The notes under the pieces: model-generated
Seen by the model: the letters and a program-made list of their open reading frames with translations, nothing else
What the model was told of the DNA's origin: nothing
Databases searched by the model: none
Assembly (NCBI RefSeq): GCF_009914755.1
Contig: NC_060939.1
Strand: one strand, 5' to 3'
Length of the DNA stretch: 64,000 nt
Source of the DNA: the human T2T-CHM13v2.0 reference genome, Homo sapiens
Made by a program: the position numbers and the translations under genes
In this document: positions 50,833-64,000 of the stretch, piece after piece
Position numbering within the stretch: position 1 is the first letter of the stretch
How the letters are laid out: each line of letters begins with the position of its first letter

Positions 50833-51042
50833 CAGGGGTGGCCAAACTTTTGGCTTCCCTGGGTCACACTGGAAAAAGAAGAATTGTCTTGGGCCACACA
50901 TAAAAATACACTAACACTAACAATAGCTGATGAGCTAAAAAAAAAAATCACAAAAAAATTTCATAATGTTTTAAGAAAGTTTACTAATTGGTTTTGGGCC
51001 ACATGCAAAGCCATCCTGGGCTGCAGGTTGGACAAGCTTGCC
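50833..51042 (+). mobile_element. MER30 DNA transposon
   Basis: caggggtggccaaacttttggcttccctggg...ggttggacaagcttg. Confidence 0.85.
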
Positions 51043-51339
51043 TTACAGTATCCAGTCAAAATACTGTTTTCCAAAATTAGTTATTTTCTTCTTCATCCCT
51101 TTCAGTGTGGCCACTATTTATAATGCAGTTTGGTTCATTAGTGTTTGTATTCCAAAAACACCCTCAGCCTTCCTATCCTAGTTTTAATGAATTATTAGGG
51201 TGAAACATAATAAGAGTCGGAGCTATACAGAAAGGTCTACTCAGAGTTGCTTTGTTCCCTCTTGTTCTGTTCCCACCACTCCTACTTTCCACTACTTTTT
51301 CCACTGACCCTGTGAGCATCATATTTATTGTTAATGGCA

Positions 51340-53757
<2,418 letters not shown>

Positions 53758-55056
53758 AAGGCCTTTATTATACTATGGTTCCTACTGTTTTTTAAAATAC
53801 TTTTATTAAGTCCAACATTTTTATTAAGAACATTGCTTTTATACATGCCTATTTATGAAAGGGGTTTTCGAGTGTTTACCACTTTTTATTAGAAATAGAG
53901 ACAGTAAGAATGTTTGACTTAATTGACACAGGCATAATTGAATGGGTATAAATGGCATGCCATAGAAAGAGAAAATTAAGTTGAGCTACTCTGTTGGTTT
54001 CACTGATGAGGGGATACATCATTCAAACAGCCAGGAATTAAATCCGTCCAGCTCACAAATGGGGAAACCAGCTGTGTCTGTACCCATGGCCAGCCAGACT
54101 GAACACAAATCAGGAAAGTCAGTAACTTTTCCTCAGTTCTGAGGGACTTCAGTGGCTGCGGTTCATTTTCCTTTTGCTTCTGAAACAGTGCAAGTTGATG
54201 CTCGCCTGGACAGAGCGGCAGTGAGTGGTGGCGTCTGAAGGCCAGGTCTCTGTTGAGATGACAACACGTCCTCTCCCAGTGCCCAGTGCATAGAAAAGAT
54301 ACACTACTAAGTGTGAGATCCTCAGTGAAAAATAAAATCTGGGGTTGAATCATCATGGGGGATACTGCATACTCTGTTTCCCCTCTGCAGATTTCCAATG
54401 CTCATTAGTTTATAGAGACTCTGAGAATTCCTACAGCAAAGGCACCTGCCGAGGTACTTACAAACTAGTTTAGCTAAACCAGACTTTCAACAATTGGTTA
54501 CTAAAGACCACTCAAAGTCTGTCAACACTCTGTCATCTCTATGTAATGATAGAAACATAGAAATTCAGGGTAAATGTTTAGAAATTTCTATAGAAACTTG
54601 ACATTCTCCCAGCATGTGACATCAGGGGACTTGTCTCAATGAGCAGTTACAGACCAACTCAGGTTTTGTCAGACTCGATGGAAAGATGCAGAGGCTGTGA
54701 GCTGCAAACGAGTCACATACACAAGGACCACATTGCAAGCTGCGTTCTTTAAGGTTAGTTTGTCAACTATAGTATAATCTCACACATCTGAAAAATGGGA
54801 ACATCTATTCTATAAAGTCTTATTTTTGCAATATTAATTTTAAATCAAGCCAATGTTAGCATTATTAGTGAAAACAAAAGAAAGTTGTATTATTTATTAT
54901 TAAACCTAATTTGAGAGTGAAATAAATTGTATTAATTTTTTTAACCAATAAAAGATGCACCTTGTAAACCAAGAGATGATTATGAAAGTGATTCTGAGGA
55001 CATGAAGACCAAAGGAGTTTGTCCTCGTTTTACTCAGAAGTACTATTTCTAATGGA

Positions 55057-55688
<632 letters not shown>

Positions 55689-56335
55689 CTTGAATTTGGT
55701 TTTACAGGCATAACTGAAGGTGAAAGGACAGAATCACCGTGTGTTACTGGCACAGATGCATCGGCTAGTGAAGAAAGAAGACATTCAAACTGTAAGTTGC
55801 ATTCACGTGGGAAGCACAAAGAATTAAATTCAAAACAATGAAACATTAGAGAAAAGCATGGAGTTAAAACACAACAGAATCAGATGTTTACTATTTCTCA
55901 TTTTAACACTAGTGCTTTGCGGGCTTCTAATAAAGTTGTACTCCAGGAGGCTAAGACTGAAAAGTGACACTAGTGAAAAGTAGCATTGAAATAGTTCCTT
56001 AGAAAAGTTGGGTGAATGTGGGGCAAAGATGCCACTAAACTTTAATTTTCCATCGACACACAAATTCAAAGTTTTCCAGAACTGGCAAGTAAAATGGAAG
56101 ATCCACTCACAGGACACATGCAGTGTGTGAGGGGAATGCTTTTCAGCACTTCTTGATGGATGCACAAATAATGCCAACGTGGTAAATGTCTTTGGTAAAT
56201 GTGCAATGGAATGCAGTGGTTGTGTGAAGGAAGAATTTTGTTTTCTGCTTCATTTTTGATAAACACAAGCAGCTCTGGACTGTGTGAAACCATGGAGCAC
56301 CGCACAGTTAACAGAGGTGGTTTGGAGTTTTTTAG

Positions 56336-56850
<515 letters not shown>

Positions 56851-57150
56851 TTAGTCCTTCCCTCCAGTGTCGTGGAGATAATTGGAAAATATTTTAGAGC
56901 AAAAAAGTTTATTTCTCCTTCTTGTTGTTAGCAAAGAAATTTATTTTTCCTTCTTGTTATTTATTGGCCTTGGAGACATACACCAAATAGCTCATTCTAC
57001 TTCTGAAATTTTGTTTTGATTTCCCTGGCCCTCCCCACGAAGTATTTCAGATTAGCAGGGAGTCAAGCATTGTCTGTCTGTCTGTGAATAAAATATTTCA
57101 GGCTGCTTTTGCATAATATACATGCTCTTGCCTTTAAGAGTCACACTCAC

Positions 57151-57257
57151 ATCTTCTGGTTTTGTAAGACACCAGGTAGAGAAGAAAACAATGTTTCTGA
57201 ATTCTGCTTTATCAGCCCAGTAGAGAACTCCTCCCTTCCCTGAACTGAGGGCCACAT
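57151..57257 (-). other. Candidate 107-bp exon of an unknown (probably non-coding) transcript
   Basis: Reverse strand ccccttag|ATGTGGCCC ... CAGAAGAT|gtgagt in non-repeat sequence; splice-site pattern only. Confidence 0.35.
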
Positions 57258-59479
57258 CTAAGGGGTTGAAACAGGGCCAGTTACATTCTATGTTCCCAAC
57301 ATAATTGTCCATGCACGGATCCAATCAAGTTAAATGAGAAATAGGATATTTATTCTAAAAACAAGTTATTGCTACAATAATAATAATACTATAGTAATAT
57401 TATTCTAATAATGATATTAGAATAAAAACTGGTTATTAAAGTACTAAACAGTTGAAAATCTAAATGTCTCACAAGGTCAACTATAGCAAGTATATAAGAT
57501 TTCGTATTAGTCGCACGTCAAAAATTATATCCATAAAAGTAATGACATATGAAAACAGTTTATTGATACAGATATAACAAATATAACTAAACTGTGCTGA
57601 AATGTATTTTAAAATAAAATATGCCAAAATATTATTGATGATGACTTTGGATGATGGTATTACCACTAAGGTTTCAAATTTAATTTGCCTCTTACTTCTG
57701 AGTACTTTTATAAATTTTTAAATAATAAAATTAGTGTGTTAAAAAATATCAAGTGATATCTAGAAATCAGAAAAAGGCATATTGCCAGAGGAGGACCGAG
57801 TTAGTAGATTTGAGGCTCCATTAAGTTTTGTTTATGATCAAAAAACAAACAAAAACCAGGCAACAGTGGCAAAAAATATCTCACTTCCTTCCTGGAAAAG
57901 TAAATGAGACTACAAAGAATTTCCAAACTTAAAAACTATACATTTCAAGTCTGTTCATAACTAGTGAAGTCACAGTTTCTGAAAACAATGATAAAATTTT
58001 AATTGATATTTAATTCATATTTTTTGTTTAAAAAACTATCAGTATTGGAAGATAAATTTCATGGGAAAAGCATTGAATCATTAAGTTTTGCAGTCACAAA
58101 GGTAAATATAATTTGCTTAATGCTGCCCTCAGTTTACAATGAGTCTTTAGTATTTTCTAAGCTATGAGTTCACCAAAATATAGGATTGTTTTGCTGTATA
58201 TAATTTGCTCAGTGATCAAACACTAAGGAGTTACCTATGTTAAGATGTGAATAATAAATTTATGCAAAATTTATGAAAGTGTACATTGTAAAGACAATAA
58301 AACTTTCCATTAAATTGGTGGGAAAGGAGCTCAAAACCTAGCTGGGTGATTCATTATTTTAATGACTTCCTGCTTTACTGCAAAACCTCTCTCTTCATTC
58401 GGTGTTGGTAGTTTGAACCCCTGTTAAGGATATAGGCTCACAATGAAGCTTCTATAAATTTCTGGACCTCTGTCATGCTGGCATGTGTGTCATTCTCCTT
58501 TAGGAATGATGAGGAGACTGGAAAGCGGTTGCTCCAAGGGAAGGGATAATTTTGCAAACCTGAGCTGTCTAAGCTCAGCATGAATTGGAGTGGGCTGCTG
58601 ACTCAGGCTAGCAGAGGCAGCCAGGAAACATGCAAATCTGCAATCCGTTCTGCCAGGTCTGTCGCAGCAGGTGTCACTAAAGGCACCCCTGTGTGCTTGT
58701 CACTGTGGCAGCCTTGACAAGGAAGGTGGAAAGGAAAAAGAGACCCAGTGCTGAACTCCAAGCAGAGATGGGGCTTTTCTCTATGCATATTTTCCCTCCC
58801 CTCCCAGCCTGCATTTCCAATAACATATTGATTTATATTTGTATTATGAAACAAAAGTGGTTGTAATCAGATGTTCTTTCCTTTTACACACAATGTTAGC
58901 TCCTATTTACATTCCTAACTGAACAATGTCTAGAGAGGTATTTAAACTGATGTAAAACGCAGATAATCTCATGACCAAATGCTTAGCACAAGAAAAAACT
59001 TCAATTTGCAAGAGAAGTCCCTCCAAATACAGAAAGGACCAGTATTGTAAGAGGTACCTTAACTAAAATGTAGCAATGTAAGGCGCAGAGCAGGAAGAAC
59101 TTTTAAGTCTGAAACTTACAACAAGTCAATTTCATAGTCAGTTTCCCTGGGCCTTCCACAACAGCCTCCGGCACCTGTTTTCTCTACAATGGAGGTAACA
59201 ATAGTAGCTATTTCAGAGTAGGAAATGGCTTAGAGCAGTGCTAGAATATGGTCGTGGCTATATAAAGTTTAGCTATTTATATATTGTAAGAAACCTACGA
59301 TGTGTTCTTTTATCGGTAGTCAGTAATGGATTTCTTGTGGGAAAGTAGCAGCCTCCTATGGGGGGAACACCCGCAGGTCCCACTAAGTGAACACTGGTGT
59401 CTGCTAACCTTTGCCTCTATTTGTCGCAATAATATACTGTCAAGCTGTTCCTTGAGTTAGCAATTTTATTTACATTCTT

Positions 59480-60932
<1,453 letters not shown>

Positions 60933-61341
60933 ACCTGTAGATGTTACCTCATTTGGAAAAAGCATATTTTCAGGTATGATTAAGTTAAGGATCTTGAGGA
61001 GAGATTATCCTGGATTGTCTCCGTGGGCATTAAATCCTGGCACATATATCCTTATAAGAGGGAGATAAAGGAGATTTAACTTCAGACAGAAGAGAAGGAG
61101 GCCCTGTGACCAAGAAGGCAGAGCCTGGAGTGGTGGAGCTGCAAGCCAATGAATGCCAGCAGCCATCAGAAGCTGCGCAAGTCAAAGGATGGATTTTCCC
61201 CTCAGCCTCTGAGAGCACTGGCTCTGCTGAGACCTAGATTTCAGCCCAGTGATACTGATTTTGGACTTCTGATATCCAAAACTGTGAGAAAATAAATTTC
61301 TGTTGTTTTAAGTCACCACATTTTTGGTAATTTGCTCTAAC
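60933..61341 (+). mobile_element. MaLR LTR (MLT1C/D-like)
   Basis: atgttacctcatttggaaaa...gattaagttaaggatcttgag...aactgtgagaaaataaatttctgttgttttaag...ggaaagtaacataca. Confidence 0.8.
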
Positions 61342-61904
61342 AGCCACAGGAAAGTAACATACATGCCTACCTGGGTCCAGTTGTGTCCTGTGACTCCTGC
61401 TTTCCTGGGACAGGCAGGCTGCTCCGTGCCTCCTGGCCATCCTACTGGGTGCTGGACGCTGTAGGCTGCTCCATGCCTGTTGGCCATTCCCTTTGGTGCT
61501 GGACAGCACTCACATTGTGAAATCCACTGGCCCTGTGAAAAACACCTGGAAATGTTACCAGGAGAGGGGTTAGTTCTCTTTTTGGCAACCCATGTTATTG
61601 CTTATGGCTTAATATCTGTGCCTCCAAGATCCCTTCTCTCTGCCTTCATCGATGCCAGGAAAGCAGTCACCTTTTGCCTTTCTTTGCTTCTCAGCAAGTG
61701 GCATGTCTCCATGTCACTTTAAGCATCAAGCACACGGAGCCCAATAAGATGCTGAAAAGTGTCTGCCTACAAGGTTACAAGGCGGTGGAGACATTCTGAG
61801 CCGGTAACTGCAGGGCTCAGTAAAACCGCTACAGGAAATCTCAAGTTCAAAATGCTGAAGTGAAAAATGGGTGATCACAACGAAGGGAAACACAAACCCC
61901 TTCT

Positions 61905-62308
61905 TTTAAAAACATTATGGTGATAAGGCACAACATAAAATTTACCAGATTAGCCACTTGTAAGTATACAGTGCAGTAGTGTTAAAAATATACATGTTGA
62001 GTAACGAGTTTCTAGAACTTGCTTCTCTTGGAGAACTGAAACTATAGCCACTATACAACAACTCCCCATTTCTCTATCCCCTGGCTTATGGAAACAACCG
62101 CTCTATTTTCTGTTTCTATGAGTTTGACTAATTTTGAACCTAATGTAAGAGAAATTGTACAGCATTTGTCTTTGTGTGATGGGCTGATTTCAATTAGTGT
62201 AATGTTTTCAAGGTTCATCTATATTGCAGCATGTGACAGGGCTTCTTTCTTTTTTAAGGCTGATAATTTTATAGTATTCCGTTGCATGGATAGACCACAT
62301 TTATTCAT

Positions 62309-62347
<39 letters not shown>

Positions 62348-63285
62348 TTGAGACAATCTCACTCTGTTGCCCAGGCTGGAGTGCGGTGGCATGATCATGG
62401 CTCACTGCAGTCTGAATCTCACATTCTCAAGCGATCCTGCCGCCTCAGCCTCCTGAGTAGCTGGGACTACAGGCACATGACACCATGCCTGGATATTCGT
62501 CTTTCTGTGTAACTGGTTGAGAAACAGGGGAGTAACAGTGAAGAAACGGTCTTAGAATAAATCTGGTGACAGCAGAAGAGAATATGAGACAGATTGTGCT
62601 CACACAGCCTTGAAGAGTGTGACAGTATTTGAGGGCCACGCTGTTGTCTTAGAGTGAAGTGAGGAGAACCTGCACTGGTTTGGTAGTCATGGGAATGGAA
62701 GGAGGAAAGAAATGTGAAAGCTCATCGGTGGCAGAGTCAAAATGGCTTGGTCTTTGTAGTCAACGATTAAGTGAGAAGGAGGAATTACTGGCTGACTTAG
62801 AAGAAGTAAAAAACGTGAAATACCGATAAAACACAAATCTCGTGATTTTAGTCAGCGTAAAGACTAAGCATTGTGTGATTCTAGATATATTATTAAGCAG
62901 TTTTGTTCCAGTATTTTATATCCCATATCTTCTAGCTATGACCCTATTTCTTTGTTTCTTGACATAGACAAACATTTTTTAAACTAAGAGCTTTATTGTG
63001 ATACAGTTTTTGTATGATAAGCCTCACCCTTCAAGTGTACAGTTCAGTGGTTTTTAGTATATTCAGAGTTATGCAGCCATTACCACTCCCTAATTTCAGA
63101 ACATTTTCATCTCCCCAAAAAGAACCCCGTACCCACTAGCAGTCACTCCCTGTAGCTCTCTCCCCCACCATTGATCCTGGCAACCTCTGATCTAACTTCT
63201 ATCTCTGTAGATTTGCCTATCCTGGGCATTTCATATAAATAGAATCATACAACAGTGGCATTTTGTGACTGATTTTTCTTTACAG
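61905..63285 (-). mobile_element. Old L1 3' fragments (about 61905-62300, 62970-63285) and an Alu arm with (TTTA)n tail (62300-62493)
   Basis: L1M 3'-end text (ctattttctgtttctatgagtttgact; gcagccattaccact...ttcagaacattttcatc). Confidence 0.75.
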
Positions 63286-64000
63286 TGATTATAAATCAAA
63301 TGCCTGAAGACGCTAAGCTTAGGATAGTGTTTGCTGTACAACTTTGATAACTGAACTTTTGTAAAGCTGAAAATGTGACTGTGTCTGTATATGTGGCATA
63401 TTATCCTTAGATGATCCTTACTTCGATTATTAAGAATTTTTTCCCCTAGTAATCTTCAACTGTCTCAATATTCAGCAGGAACCCCTTGGAGACAAAGATC
63501 AGTACGAATTTGGAACACCTATTGACAAAATGAATGTAATTTAATTTAGTACAGTAGTAAAGTCAACCACTTTTAGGTGTTGATGCTGCTGAAAGTGTAT
63601 ATTAAGGAAAAGCTTACTTACCTTACTTTTTGTGGAGGTGCTAGAACTACTTCTGTCTTGTGTTTAGATTTCAAGAAACCTTTGCATGGGCATTATGTGG
63701 TTGCACAAATGTACTTCGTTTTGACCTGAAAATGCAAAAACTTCCTTTCTTCCCACTTTCTGAGACTCTGCAACCTTAAAGGAAGAGTGGGGTTCTTTAA
63801 AGGAAAGGTGGTGGTGGTTGGGTCATGGGTAACAATGTCTACTGTGTACTTCCTTTCCCAAAACAAGTCCCTGTCTACCGTCAGCATTTCCAAAACTTGA
63901 AGGTCAAGTGTGGTGTTAACTCATGAACTAATGACTAGACTTTGAGCGGTTGTGGAAGCAAAATCTCAGTGAGTGCCTGGATGTTCTAATTCTGTTAAGT

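Noticed and set aside
63400-64000. Short similarities to U8 snoRNA
   Set aside because: Only scattered short matches with no colinear alignment.

Overview
Primate (human-type) genomic DNA, densely covered by Alu, L1, LTR and DNA-transposon remnants. There is no intact full-length gene, rRNA, tRNA or CRISPR array. The window is a mosaic of duplicated gene fragments typical of chromosome 15 GOLGA segmental duplications; I cannot tell from sequence alone which copy it is. On the + strand, in order: three internal exons of an unprocessed WHAMM pseudogene (0.25-5.9 kb); a deeply nested L1/ERVL/ERV1/Alu retroelement stack (about 16.7-28 kb); exons 2-6 of an unprocessed MPHOSPH10 (MPP10) pseudogene (28.6-34.9 kb); and a 5'-truncated GOLGA6L gene (37.3-39.8 kb) whose remaining exons still form an open frame of about 381 codons with a 21-bp heptad VNTR and a poly(A) signal. 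On the - strand, a GC-rich block carries a single CHRNB4-like exon 2 (42.7-42.8 kb). Near 59.5-60.9 kb is an unusual tandem array (about 445-bp unit) of nested, inverted Alus with strand-biased T>C changes and high CpG content. Two leads stand out: (i) a possible assembled WHAMMP > MPHOSPH10P > GOLGA6L read-through unit, with a splice-created ATG and a phase-compatible MPP10(RVxF)-golgin fusion frame, and (ii) the Alu array as a possible CpG-island-like promoter or instability site. Both are inferences needing transcript and alignment data. Gene and repeat-family identities come from my recall of protein and consensus sequences, not from database searches.
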